Of a stretch of DNA of 64,000 bases, positions 47,833 to 56,524 are shown in pieces. The DNA lies in contig JACPQZ010000045.1 of NCBI GenBank assembly GCA_016190205.1, positions 33,923-97,922 of the forward strand, given 5' to 3'. The notes beneath the pieces are model-generated. The model was not told the origin of the DNA and ran no database searches. It worked only from the letters and a program-made list of their open reading frames with translations. A program made the translations under genes and the position numbers. Numbering within the stretch: position 1 is the first letter of the stretch; the number at the start of each line of letters is the position of its first letter. This stretch comes from Candidatus Omnitrophota bacterium (GTDB taxonomy: Bacteria > Omnitrophota > JACPQZ01).

Positions 47833-49176
47833 ATGCCTTACGTTTCCCACACTCCTCAAGACCAGGACGCCATGTGCGCGGCCATTGGCGTGAGAGATCC
47901 CCGCGACCTTTTTCGGGAGATACCTGATGCCGTGCGCTTAAGCCGGATCAATCTTCCCGGCGGCCTTACAGAACTGGAACTTTCGCGCCGGATGCGTGAG
48001 CTCGCCGCGAAGACAGAAGGAACCCACTCATTTGACTCGTACTTGGGCGCCGGCTCCTATGAGCACTTCATCCCCTCCGTAGTGAGCGCGATCGTGTCGA
48101 GGGGAGAATTTGAAACTGCCTACACCCCGTATCAGGCCGAGGCCAGCCAGGGGACCCTGCAATGGATATTCGAATTCCAGTCCCTCATCGCCAAGCTCAC
48201 AGGCATGGACGTGGCCAATGCCTCTCATTATGACGGGGCCAGCGCCCTCGCTGAAGGGGCCATGCTCGCAACCTTTGCCCGAAAAAGACCCCGCATCCTC
48301 ATTTCGGAAACAGTCCACCCCGAATACCGCCGCGTGGTCCGGACCTATCTAAGTGGACTTGATGTCGAGCTCGTGGAGATTCCGATGCTCGCGGGGGGCC
48401 GGCCAGACTGGGAGCAGGCAGAGAGGCTCCTGGATGAGCGCGTGAACGCCCTGCTCGTCTCAAGCCCCAACTTTTTTGGACAACTGGAGGATATCGAGGT
48501 CATTGCGCCTCGCGTGCACAAGGCCGGCGCGCTTCTCGTCGAATCGTCAAACCCCATTGCACTTGCCCTGGTCAAAACCCCAGGCGAGCACGGGGCGGAT
48601 GTGAGCGTCGGAGAGGCGCAGCCCCTGGGGCTGGCCCCCGCCTGGGGAGGACCGTATTGCGGCTGGTTCGCGGCACGGCAGGAACTCACGAGGCGGCTTC
48701 CAGGCCGCCTGGTGAGTGAAACCCGCGACCGAAACGGTCGCAAGGCCTATGTCCTCACGCTGCAGACGCGCGAGCAGCACATTCGGAGGGAGAAGGCCAC
48801 CTCCAATATCTGCACCAATCAAGGGCTGTGCGCCCTGACCGCCACTGTTACCCTGGCTTGTCTGGGGCCGGAGGGTCTCAAGGAAATGGCAGAATTAAAC
48901 ACCTCTTTGAGCCACTACGCATATGACCGGCTTCTTGAAATTGACGGCGTAACGCCCTTCACAAGCGGCCCTTTTTTCAACGAGTTTGCCGTCCGATTTC
49001 CAAAGACCACACAAGCGATCAACCTGAAGCTGCTTAAAAAGGGGATCATAGGCGGTTTTGACCTGGGCAGGATACGAAAAGATTGGGCCCATGCCTGCCT
49101 TTTCGCAGTGACAGAGACAAAGACAGAAGAAAAAATCGACCGCCTCGTTCAGGAGATCAAGGCGTGTCTCATCTGA
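47833..49176 (+). CDS. gcvPA: Glycine dehydrogenase (decarboxylating) subunit 1
   Basis: 447 aa. N-terminal 'PYVSHTPQDQDAMCAAIGV', typical P-protein alpha subunit. Confidence 0.9.
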   Translation: MPYVSHTPQDQDAMCAAIGVRDPRDLFREIPDAVRLSRINLPGGLTELELSRRMRELAAKTEGTHSFDSYLGAGSYEHFIPSVVSAIVSRGEFETAYTPYQAEASQGTLQWIFEFQSLIAKLTGMDVANASHYDGASALAEGAMLATFARKRPRILISETVHPEYRRVVRTYLSGLDVELVEIPMLAGGRPDWEQAERLLDERVNALLVSSPNFFGQLEDIEVIAPRVHKAGALLVESSNPIALALVKTPGEHGADVSVGEAQPLGLAPAWGGPYCGWFAARQELTRRLPGRLVSETRDRNGRKAYVLTLQTREQHIRREKATSNICTNQGLCALTATVTLACLGPEGLKEMAELNTSLSHYAYDRLLEIDGVTPFTSGPFFNEFAVRFPKTTQAINLKLLKKGIIGGFDLGRIRKDWAHACLFAVTETKTEEKIDRLVQEIKACLI

Positions 49177-50681
49177 CGCGCGAGGAACCCACCTTAGCGG
49201 AGCTCTCACGTCCGAAAAAGCGCGCGGTTAAGTTTCCACGCGCCGCTTGCGCCAAAGACAGCCAGCCATTGATTCCCGCACAATACCTTCGCAAGACGCG
49301 TCCTCGACTTCCGGAATTGAGCGAACTCGACGTCGTCAGGCATTTTACGCGTCTCTCCAAGCTCAATTTCTCCATCGATACCCATTTCTACCCGCTGGGA
49401 TCTTGTACGATGAAATACAACCCCAAGAGAAATGACACGCTCTCGACCCTCCAGCCCTTTCTATGGGCGCATCCCGCCCAGCCGGAGGAGCTCTCCCAGG
49501 GCATCCTGGAGATCCTGTACGAACTGGAGCAGGCCCTGGTCGAGATCTGCGGGGTGCGCCGCTTCAGTTTGCAGCCGGCGGCAGGGGCCCAGGCGGAATT
49601 CACCGGCCTCATGATCGTCAGGGCCTGGCATCGTGACCACGGAAACGATAAAAAGATCGTGCTGGTGCCCGACACGAGCCATGGCACCAACCCTGCCAGT
49701 GCAGCGCTCGTAGGCTACCAGGTGCAAACGGTCAAGAGCGATGAGAGGGGCCTCGTGGACCTGGGTGATCTCGAAAGTCACTTGGGACCGCGAGTGGCTT
49801 GTCTGATGCTCACGAACCCCAACACACTCGGCCGCTTCGAGGTCCACATCCAAAAGATCGCGAAGATGATCCATATGGTAGGGGGGCTCCTCTATTACGA
49901 CGGCGCCAATTTAAATCCCCTCCTCGGCACGGCTCGGCCGGGCGACATGGGATTCGACATCGTGCACCTTAACCTCCACAAGACCTTCTCGACACCCCAC
50001 GGGGGAGGAGGGCCGGGCGCAGGTCCCATCGGTGTCGCAGACCGGCTCGTGCCCTATTTACCGGCTCCCTTGATAGGCCGCGACGGGGGGTGTTATTTTC
50101 TGGAGCCGGCCCACCCCAAATCCATTGGGCGGGTCCACGCCTTTTACGGCAACGCCAACATCCTCATCAAGGCATTCATCTACATCAAGACCCTGGGCGC
50201 CGAAGGCCTCAAACGCGTCGGTGAGGCCTCTGTCCTCAACGCGAATTATCTCCTCACACGACTTGAAAAAATCTTCCACGTGCCCTATCCGGGGAGGTGC
50301 ATGCATGAGTTTGTGGTCTCGACCCTCAAAGAGAATCCCCATGGGATCCGAACCTTGGATGTCGCGAAGCGCCTCCTCGATTTCGGATTCCACTCACCCA
50401 CCATCTACTTTCCCATCAACGTCAAGGAGGCGATGATGATCGAACCCACCGAAACAGAGTCGCGCGAGACCCTGGACCATTTCGTCGAAACCCTTGAGAC
50501 AATCGCGGATGAGGCCCGCCACCACCCCGAGCGACTGCGGCAGAGCCCGCACACGCTCGCGGTCAGCCGCCCCGACGAAGTGGCGGCCGCCCGCACACCT
50601 AAACTCGTGTGGGACGAACCCCCTTTAGCCTCACCAGACAAAAGCCCCGAGGGAATACTCGCATTGAAATCGCAGCGCTAG
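49164..50681 (+). CDS. gcvPB: Glycine dehydrogenase (decarboxylating) subunit 2
   Basis: PLP-dependent. 'HLNLHKTFSTPHGGGGPG' (Lys-PLP motif). GTG start overlapping the gcvPA stop. Confidence 0.85.
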   Translation: MSHLTREEPTLAELSRPKKRAVKFPRAACAKDSQPLIPAQYLRKTRPRLPELSELDVVRHFTRLSKLNFSIDTHFYPLGSCTMKYNPKRNDTLSTLQPFLWAHPAQPEELSQGILEILYELEQALVEICGVRRFSLQPAAGAQAEFTGLMIVRAWHRDHGNDKKIVLVPDTSHGTNPASAALVGYQVQTVKSDERGLVDLGDLESHLGPRVACLMLTNPNTLGRFEVHIQKIAKMIHMVGGLLYYDGANLNPLLGTARPGDMGFDIVHLNLHKTFSTPHGGGGPGAGPIGVADRLVPYLPAPLIGRDGGCYFLEPAHPKSIGRVHAFYGNANILIKAFIYIKTLGAEGLKRVGEASVLNANYLLTRLEKIFHVPYPGRCMHEFVVSTLKENPHGIRTLDVAKRLLDFGFHSPTIYFPINVKEAMMIEPTETESRETLDHFVETLETIADEARHHPERLRQSPHTLAVSRPDEVAAARTPKLVWDEPPLASPDKSPEGILALKSQR

Positions 50682-50704
50682 GATGGGTTGACGCAGCCGC
50701 GCGC

Positions 50705-51367
50705 ATGCAAGAAGATTGGTTCGAACTCCTGAAGGCTCGGGAGACCGCTTCTTACCCGCCCAAACTGCTTTTTTACCGTTTCCGCGGGCCCGTTATGACC
50801 ATCGGGCGTCATACCCATAAAGAAGAGGTGTACCGTTCCCACGAAGGTTCCCGCTTGAAAGAGCGCACCGTCCGCCGCGCCACGGGAGGGGGGGCCATCT
50901 TCCATGCCGGGGGGATGTGCTACTCATGGATCAGCAGGGGAAAGACCACCCGCTCCGGCCGAAACGAGTGCGTGTACTGGCTTCGAGACATGTTGCTTGC
51001 AACGCTCGAGCCGCTGGGAATCTTGGGCAAGACCCGAGACCCGAGACCCGAGACCCGAGCAAGAACCCTGGGCTCCTGGTGCGCCTTCGAGGAAGCCGAA
51101 ACAGATCTAATCATCGGACACAAAAAGCTGGGGGGCATGGCCCAGCGCTTATTTAAGGACGCCATTCTCATCGAGGGTTATCTGACCCTGCGCCGCCGCG
51201 AAACTATCTGGATGGAACGCATCGCCGCCCGCGGGATCCTTGAAAAACACAGCGCGCGTCCAGTATCCTTGGAAGAACTTGCTGGAAGACCAGTCCATTA
51301 CGACGAAATCGTCAGCCGATTCATGCACATATCCCATGACTTCCGAACCCGATCTTGCCCGGCGTAA
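50705..51367 (+). CDS. Lipoate-protein ligase / octanoyltransferase-like (BPL/LPL catalytic domain)
   Basis: 'RRATGGGAIFHAGG...YSWI' and 'GHKKLGGMAQRL' BPL_LplA_LipB motifs. Directly follows gcvPB. Confidence 0.6.
   Translation: MQEDWFELLKARETASYPPKLLFYRFRGPVMTIGRHTHKEEVYRSHEGSRLKERTVRRATGGGAIFHAGGMCYSWISRGKTTRSGRNECVYWLRDMLLATLEPLGILGKTRDPRPETRARTLGSWCAFEEAETDLIIGHKKLGGMAQRLFKDAILIEGYLTLRRRETIWMERIAARGILEKHSARPVSLEELAGRPVHYDEIVSRFMHISHDFRTRSCPA
51029..51058 (+). repeat. In-frame heptamer array (GAGACCC x4) inside the lipoyl-ligase CDS
   Basis: caagacccgagacccgagacccgagacccgagc encodes KTRDPRPETRA. The same heptamer occurs in the intergenic tandem repeat at 44672. Confidence 0.85.
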
Positions 51368-52445
51368 GGACTATGCACGGCTCTCTATCCGGTTCGCACT
51401 CGTCCACCTCTCCATCTCTCCCCTCATCCTCATCCTGCTCCTTTTTTTGGAAGGACATGGGGCCCTCGCGCGGGTTTCATACGGTGCGTTCGTCATACCT
51501 TGGAAAGAGATCATTCGCGCCCTGGTGGTCGTCTGGAGCTCTCTCCTCGTCCCCAAGCTTGTCCTCAAGTTCATCAAAGGCTACCGCATAGAACACGCCT
51601 TCGGCCTTTCGCGTGAGACATTCCGCGCCTGGGCCAAGCGCACAACCAAGGCTGAGCTCATCTCCTTCATCTTTTTTCTGACAGTCTTTGGAACGGTCGC
51701 GGCGCTTCGTCTTTACGATCCCGAGGGATGGTGGATTTCAAGCTCGGTCCTCGCCATCCTCTTCTTCATCATACTGGGGAAACTGGTACCTAAGCTCATC
51801 TTGCCGCTTTTTTATAAGACCGAACCCCTCGAGCAAGAAACACTGATTCAGTGGTTGAAAGAAACGTGCCGGAATACGCACATTCGGCCCCTTCCACTCT
51901 TTTCCATCAAGCTGGGCAAGGAGACGCGCAAGGCAAACGCCGCCGTGATGGGGTGGGGAAAAGCACGGCGCATGCTTATTTCGGACACCTTGCTTGAGGG
52001 GTTTGAGCTCGATGAAATCAAAACGGTCATGGCCCACGAGCTCGGGCACCACAAGCACCGCGATTTTCTTGTGCAGCTCCTATTTGCGTCATGCGGCACG
52101 GCCATGCTCCTTTACATGACGCATAGGCTCCTCACCCTATTCCTATCAGGGGGAGGGCCGCCCACTCCGGCCCGCGAGATCCTTCTCCTCCTTCTCCTGG
52201 TGGACATCTTGAGCGTTCTCACCTCACCCCTCATGAATGCCATAAGCCGGGCGCTCGAGCGCCGTGCGGACCGTTTTGCGCTCGCCTTCACCCAAATGCC
52301 CCAGGCCATGCGTACGGCGTTTGAGAAGCTGGCCCGGCTCAATATGGCGGATCCCTCGCCCGCCCGATGGCACGTGTGGCTTTTTTATGATCACCCGCCC
52401 ATCCACGAGCGCATCCAGGCGGCGGTGGAGAGAGAACATGCTTAA
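51336..52445 (+). CDS. M48-family zinc metalloprotease (Ste24/HtpX-like), membrane
   Basis: Multiple TM helices. 'VMAHELGHHKHRD' HExxH, plus a C-terminal 'ER..DRFAL' third-ligand region. Confidence 0.7.
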   Translation: MTSEPDLARRKDYARLSIRFALVHLSISPLILILLLFLEGHGALARVSYGAFVIPWKEIIRALVVVWSSLLVPKLVLKFIKGYRIEHAFGLSRETFRAWAKRTTKAELISFIFFLTVFGTVAALRLYDPEGWWISSSVLAILFFIILGKLVPKLILPLFYKTEPLEQETLIQWLKETCRNTHIRPLPLFSIKLGKETRKANAAVMGWGKARRMLISDTLLEGFELDEIKTVMAHELGHHKHRDFLVQLLFASCGTAMLLYMTHRLLTLFLSGGGPPTPAREILLLLLLVDILSVLTSPLMNAISRALERRADRFALAFTQMPQAMRTAFEKLARLNMADPSPARWHVWLFYDHPPIHERIQAAVEREHA

Positions 52446-53616
52446 CTGCCGTCAGCTTGGGTCTTGGGTATTGGGTTTTGGGTTTCTCACGTTGCTCCAA
52501 ATCCCTGCACTCGACGCGGGTGTTCCGCTCAAGGCACAGCGCGCCCTGCAAAAAAATAACTCCGCGCTCTCTCAACTCGCCGAGGGGAATAAGGAGAGGG
52601 CGGTCCAGCTCCTCACAGAGGCACATGAACTCGATCCGCACAATGTGACGATACGGCAAAACCTCGTTAACCTCTACTTAAACAGCGGACTGGACGCCCT
52701 CGAGGCCGGCCAGTACGAGTCTGCCCATGAGGATTTCACAAAGGCCCTGGAGATCGCACCCACAAATTTTACTGCCCTCAACGGCCTCGGCCAGGTCCAC
52801 TATCAGAAGCATGAGCTTGAAGACGCGAAGATCTTCTGGGGCAAAGCACTTGCCCTCAAGCCTGAGGACTCGGAACTGTCGGAAAAACTGGGACAGCTCA
52901 ACCAGGAAATCAAGATGGACAGCGATTTTAGAACCGTTAAGGCGCCTCATTTTGACATCCGCACGGAAAAGGGAGTCGTGGAAGAAGGCGATCATGAACT
53001 GCGCAGGGTACTCAACGATACCTACCGCCATACCAGCCAGGACATGCAATTTTTCACGCAAAGGACGATCATCGTCCTCATTTATTCGCAGGAGGCCTAC
53101 CACGAGCTCGCCTCGACCCCGCACTGGTCCGGCGGACTGTTCGACGGCAAGATCCGCATCCCCATCCCCGACGAGCGCAGCGGCTGGCCCGGTTTTGAAC
53201 CCGTCATCCGGCACGAGTTCACTCACGCCCTCATCTGGGAAATCACGCGCGGCGCCTGTCCACCCTGGCTTAATGAGGGCCTCGCTCAATACGAAGAGCG
53301 GGGGGGGCGCTTCTCTAAAATGCCTCCGGAATTACTTAAGCTGGTCAGGGAAAATGAAACGCAGGTAATCCCCATGGCGGCGCTCAATAACCCCTTCGCC
53401 CGGTGGGAAGATTTAGACCTCATCCGGAGGGGCTACGCCAAGTCTGAATCCCTGGTTCGCTACATCATCCAGCGCTATGGCCTTTGGAAAATACACAATA
53501 TCCTGGCCCTGCTCGGCAAAGGAGAACCCATGGAGTCTGCAGTGCGCAAAGAGTTAGCCCTGGAACTCAGCGGCCTCGAAGCAGATTGGGTAAAAGCTGT
53601 TAAAAGAGGTAAATGA
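52438..53616 (+). CDS. Secreted TPR protein with C-terminal HExxH metallopeptidase-like domain
   Basis: Signal peptide. TPR units (LDALEAGQYESAHEDFTKALEIAP...). C-terminal 'IRHEFTHALIWE' HExxH and 'NEGLAQYEE'. Confidence 0.5.
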   Translation: MLNCRQLGSWVLGFGFLTLLQIPALDAGVPLKAQRALQKNNSALSQLAEGNKERAVQLLTEAHELDPHNVTIRQNLVNLYLNSGLDALEAGQYESAHEDFTKALEIAPTNFTALNGLGQVHYQKHELEDAKIFWGKALALKPEDSELSEKLGQLNQEIKMDSDFRTVKAPHFDIRTEKGVVEEGDHELRRVLNDTYRHTSQDMQFFTQRTIIVLIYSQEAYHELASTPHWSGGLFDGKIRIPIPDERSGWPGFEPVIRHEFTHALIWEITRGACPPWLNEGLAQYEERGGRFSKMPPELLKLVRENETQVIPMAALNNPFARWEDLDLIRRGYAKSESLVRYIIQRYGLWKIHNILALLGKGEPMESAVRKELALELSGLEADWVKAVKRGK

Positions 53617-53845
53617 CAAAAAGGGGCAGGATTAGGGTGGCAGGGCCCCTCTATGCCAAATGCAACTAAACTTTTATCTTATTGTTAATAAATGAGTAAC
53701 GTAGTACTAGTACTTCGATAACCAGTCTATAGGTTATACTTTCAGTAGGTAGAGGTAGAGCTCAAAGATCTTATACATAGGTTATCCTCTGAACTGGGTG
53801 AAGGTCCGTGCACCCAAACTTTTGGACGTAAGGGGGTGAGACGAC

Positions 53846-53986
53846 ATGAAGATGGATGACCTCGTGATAGGAACTCTTATTGGGATCGTTTTAGGCATCC
53901 ACTACGGAGCAGAACTCGCCACGTATAATGTCTTGTTCGTGGTGTTCCTGGTCCTAGGCGGCCTAAAACTCGTCCTAAAGAAGTAA
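53846..53986 (+). CDS. Small hydrophobic peptide (46 aa)
   Basis: RBS AGGGGGTGAG, ATG at 53846, product MKMDDLVIGTLIGIVLGIHYGAELATYNVLFVVFLVLGGLKLVLKK. Followed by a strong terminator. Below the ORF-track size cutoff. Confidence 0.3.
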   Translation: MKMDDLVIGTLIGIVLGIHYGAELATYNVLFVVFLVLGGLKLVLKK

Positions 53987-54015
53987 CACCTGAACGTAAG
54001 TAAGACAGCAACATG

Positions 54016-54050
54016 AACGGCTGGGAAGCAGTGTTTCCCAGCCGTTTTTT
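54016..54050 (+). terminator. Rho-independent terminator
   Basis: AACGGCTGGGAA-gcagtgt-TTCCCAGCCGTT followed by TTTTTT. Confidence 0.6.
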
Positions 54051-54054
54051 CTCC

Positions 54055-54083
54055 TTGCCAAGGCCAACCCTGCATGTTACAAT
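54055..54083 (+). promoter_or_regulatory. Sigma-70-like promoter (TTGCCA-17-TACAAT)
   Basis: -35 TTGCCA at 54055, 17-nt spacer, -10 TACAAT at 54078. The ATG at 54091 lies only about 7 nt downstream (leaderless-type arrangement). Confidence 0.4.
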
Positions 54084-54090
54084 CAAGCCC

Positions 54091-54201
54091 ATGAATTTCA
54101 ACCTTTTTCACTTCGACAACGAGCGCTTCCACACGATCATGACCGGGGTTGTCATCGGGCTCATGATTACACTAGCCTTCCACATTCTGGCTGCGATATA
54201 A
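54091..54201 (+). CDS. Small hydrophobic peptide (36 aa)
   Basis: MNFNLFHFDNERFHTIMTGVVIGLMITLAFHILAAI, a single TM helix, immediately downstream of the promoter above. Confidence 0.25.
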   Translation: MNFNLFHFDNERFHTIMTGVVIGLMITLAFHILAAI

Positions 54202-54296
54202 TCACACCAGCGTTTTCATACAAGGCTTGTCCCAAGTCCCATGTCCAAAATCGGTTGGGCCGTGACTTGGGACATGGAACATGAGACTTACACCAG

Positions 54297-54701
54297 ATGA
54301 AACGAGACGACAGTCTCATACCAACTCTAGAAGGTATCGTTGAACACGATCCGCGCTTTAAGCTCGAGGGGTACCTTTTTGTCTTATCCGCGCTTCATTT
54401 CACACAGTCCAGGCTTCCAGTACGCAGGCACGTCACGGGAGGTGAACTCCTGGAGGGAATCCGGATCTACGCCCTCGATCAATTTGGACCCCTGGCCCGG
54501 GTTGTACTGGAAAACTGGGGAATCTGTGAGACCCTCCACATGGGTCACATGGTATTTAAGCTAGTGGAACACAAGGTGCTTCACCGTACTAATCAAGACT
54601 CTCTCGAGGACTTCCGGACCGCCTATGATTTTAAAGAGGCCTTCGACGAAGGCTGGAAATCCACCTTGAAGACCAGCACTCAAGACTTCCTTCCTAAATG
54701 A
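54297..54701 (+). CDS. Conserved hypothetical protein
   Basis: 134 aa, no motif I can assign. Stop overlaps the dcd start. Confidence 0.35.
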   Translation: MKRDDSLIPTLEGIVEHDPRFKLEGYLFVLSALHFTQSRLPVRRHVTGGELLEGIRIYALDQFGPLARVVLENWGICETLHMGHMVFKLVEHKVLHRTNQDSLEDFRTAYDFKEAFDEGWKSTLKTSTQDFLPK

Positions 54702-55252
54702 GCCTTAAATCAGATAGTTGGATTCGCGAGCTCGCCCTCACGCAACGCATGATTGAACCTTTTAGTGAGCACGAGAGCCGCCCGGGCATGCTTTCCTACG
54801 GACTTTCCAGCTACGGTTATGATATGAGGCTGGCGGATGAATTTGAAATCTATGACGGCGCACCAGAACTTTGCATTGATCCCAAACAGTTTGCGGGCGG
54901 CCGCATGCGCAAGGTCCGCACAATGGTTCTGGAAATACCGCCGAATAGTTTTGCCCTCGGCCGCTCCTGGGAATATTTCCGCATCCCGCGGGAAGTCCTC
55001 ACCCTGTGCCTCGGAAAGTCCTCCTACGCACGGTGCGGAATTATCGTCAACGTCACCCCCTTTGAGCCCGGATGGGAGGGCTACGCCACCCTCTCAATCG
55101 TGAATGCAACGCCCTCGCCCGCGCGCGTCTACTCGGGCGAAGGCATTGCACAGGTCATATTTTTGGAAGGCGACGCGCCCTGTCAATTGAGCTATGCCGA
55201 GCGCAAGGGGCGCTACCAGGCGACGCAGACCATTCAACATGTTAAAACATAG
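54698..55252 (+). CDS. dcd: dCTP deaminase (dUTPase-fold)
   Basis: '[14 protein letters not shown]' and '[31 protein letters not shown]...GIAQVIF' match Dcd family motifs. Confidence 0.8.
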   Translation: MSLKSDSWIRELALTQRMIEPFSEHESRPGMLSYGLSSYGYDMRLADEFEIYDGAPELCIDPKQFAGGRMRKVRTMVLEIPPNSFALGRSWEYFRIPREVLTLCLGKSSYARCGIIVNVTPFEPGWEGYATLSIVNATPSPARVYSGEGIAQVIFLEGDAPCQLSYAERKGRYQATQTIQHVKT

Positions 55253-55255
55253 CGT

Positions 55256-55282
55256 CCGTGCTTCGTGCTTCGTGCTTCGTGC
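55256..55282. repeat. Heptamer array CGTGCTT x3 (reverse of GCACGAA class)
   Basis: ccgtgcttcgtgcttcgtgcttcgc immediately after the dcd stop. Confidence 0.6.
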
Positions 55283-55306
55283 TTCGCAACAGAGAGGAGG
55301 AGAGTT

Positions 55307-55696
55307 ATGACCACCGGGAAAGGTGCCTGCCGTCTTGTTTTTGCACTAATTGTTTCCTTGCCCCTGTGCGCGGCACATATACCGCCGGCCAATGCGGGCG
55401 ATGCCATGACCAAGCTGGGCCGTGGGGTCGCCAACATCGGGGGAAGCTGGTTGGAGCTGGTTCACCAAACTCAACATACGTATGAACAGGACGGGGCGCT
55501 CGCGGGCGCCACGACCGGTGTCGTCAAAGGCGTCTTTATGACTGCCTATCGGGCCATCGTGGGCGTATACGAAACGGCCACGTTTCTCGTACCGGTGCCC
55601 CCCGACTACCAGCCCATTATCTATCCAGAATATGTCCCCCTCCGGACTGGCTATACCCAGCCTGAAGGCCGCGGACCGCAGCCGAGCGGTTACTAG
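55307..55696 (+). CDS. Small secreted protein, paralogue family A (TIGR04073-like), divergent
   Basis: RBS GAGGAGGAGAG. Signal peptide plus 'AMTKLGRGVANIGGSWLEL...GATTGVVKGVFMTAYRAIVGVYETATFLVPVPPDYQPII'. Confidence 0.45.
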   Translation: MTTGKGACRLVFALIVSLPLCAAHIPPANAGDAMTKLGRGVANIGGSWLELVHQTQHTYEQDGALAGATTGVVKGVFMTAYRAIVGVYETATFLVPVPPDYQPIIYPEYVPLRTGYTQPEGRGPQPSGY

Positions 55697-55699
55697 CCT

Positions 55700-55903
55700 A
55701 TGTCCCTTTTCACCCAGAGAAAAGAAGAGCGGCGCCAGCCCATACTCTGCCCGAAATGCAGCACCCAGATGATCTGCATGAACCTATACGATAGAAAAGA
55801 GAACACGACCTTTGTATGGTACGTCTGCCCGCGCCGGGAAGGGGAGACAGGATGCGGTTACCTTGAAGCCGTCAAGCTGCAGGAATACCGTCCGCCCGCA
55901 TGA
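55700..55903 (+). CDS. Small zinc-ribbon protein
   Basis: CPKC...(19 aa)...CPRR...C pattern, 67 aa. Confidence 0.35.
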   Translation: MSLFTQRKEERRQPILCPKCSTQMICMNLYDRKENTTFVWYVCPRREGETGCGYLEAVKLQEYRPPA

Positions 55904-56325
55904 ATTCCATCCGGAATAGGGCGGTATTTCTTTTTCTAATTTTCACCCTGACAGGCTGTGGCGCGAGGTTCGAGGTAGTCCAGCTGGAGAAGGCCGCGCG
56001 GGGGCCGCGGCCGCTCTCCTCGGACATCCAGGTTATGGCAGGGGAGCCGGAGCAGACCTTCACCGAGATTGCCCTCTTGGAAGTCAAAAAGCGCGGGTGG
56101 ATCCCGTTTCTGCCGCCGCCCAGCTACGCACTGCACTCCCTTTTGAAAAGAAAGGCCGCCGAACTCGGCGCAGATGCCGTCATCCGGGTGGAATACGAAC
56201 AGGATAATCTCAAGAGTACTACCACCGCGGTTGGGACAGCCGTTCATTTCGGTGCAGGCGAAGAGCCAGCGTCCAGTGACCTCATGACCCCCCAGCCAAC
56301 CGAGGCAGGTGAGACAGATGGTTAA
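55900..56325 (+). CDS. Hypothetical lipoprotein
   Basis: Lipobox 'FTLTGCGA'. Start overlaps the upstream stop. Confidence 0.4.
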   Translation: MNSIRNRAVFLFLIFTLTGCGARFEVVQLEKAARGPRPLSSDIQVMAGEPEQTFTEIALLEVKKRGWIPFLPPPSYALHSLLKRKAAELGADAVIRVEYEQDNLKSTTTAVGTAVHFGAGEEPASSDLMTPQPTEAGETDG

Positions 56326-56512
56326 GTGGGAATATAAAGTCGTTAAGTGTTCGGGGACGCTCGCGCTGGGCGGGGAGTTCGTGCTGGCTGTGGAACGCGA
56401 ACTCAACAAGCACGGCTCCGAAGGCTGGGAAATGCATGACATGAAGGTGCAGGATTCAAAGGACCCCGGGGGCAAATACGCCCTTCTGATTTTGAAACGC
56501 ATGTCCAAATAG
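56309..56512 (+). CDS. DUF4177-like small protein
   Basis: 'KWEYKVVKCSG...GWEMHDMKVQ' resembles the DUF4177 family (about 60 aa). Confidence 0.35.
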   Translation: MRQMVKWEYKVVKCSGTLALGGEFVLAVERELNKHGSEGWEMHDMKVQDSKDPGGKYALLILKRMSK

Positions 56513-56524
56513 CGAGATTCGTCC

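Noticed and set aside
54013-54201. 62-aa ORF starting at 54013
   Set aside because: Its first 26 codons overlap the terminator hairpin and precede the promoter. The internal start at 54091, directly downstream of the TTGCCA-17-TACAAT promoter, is more plausible, though it is itself low confidence.
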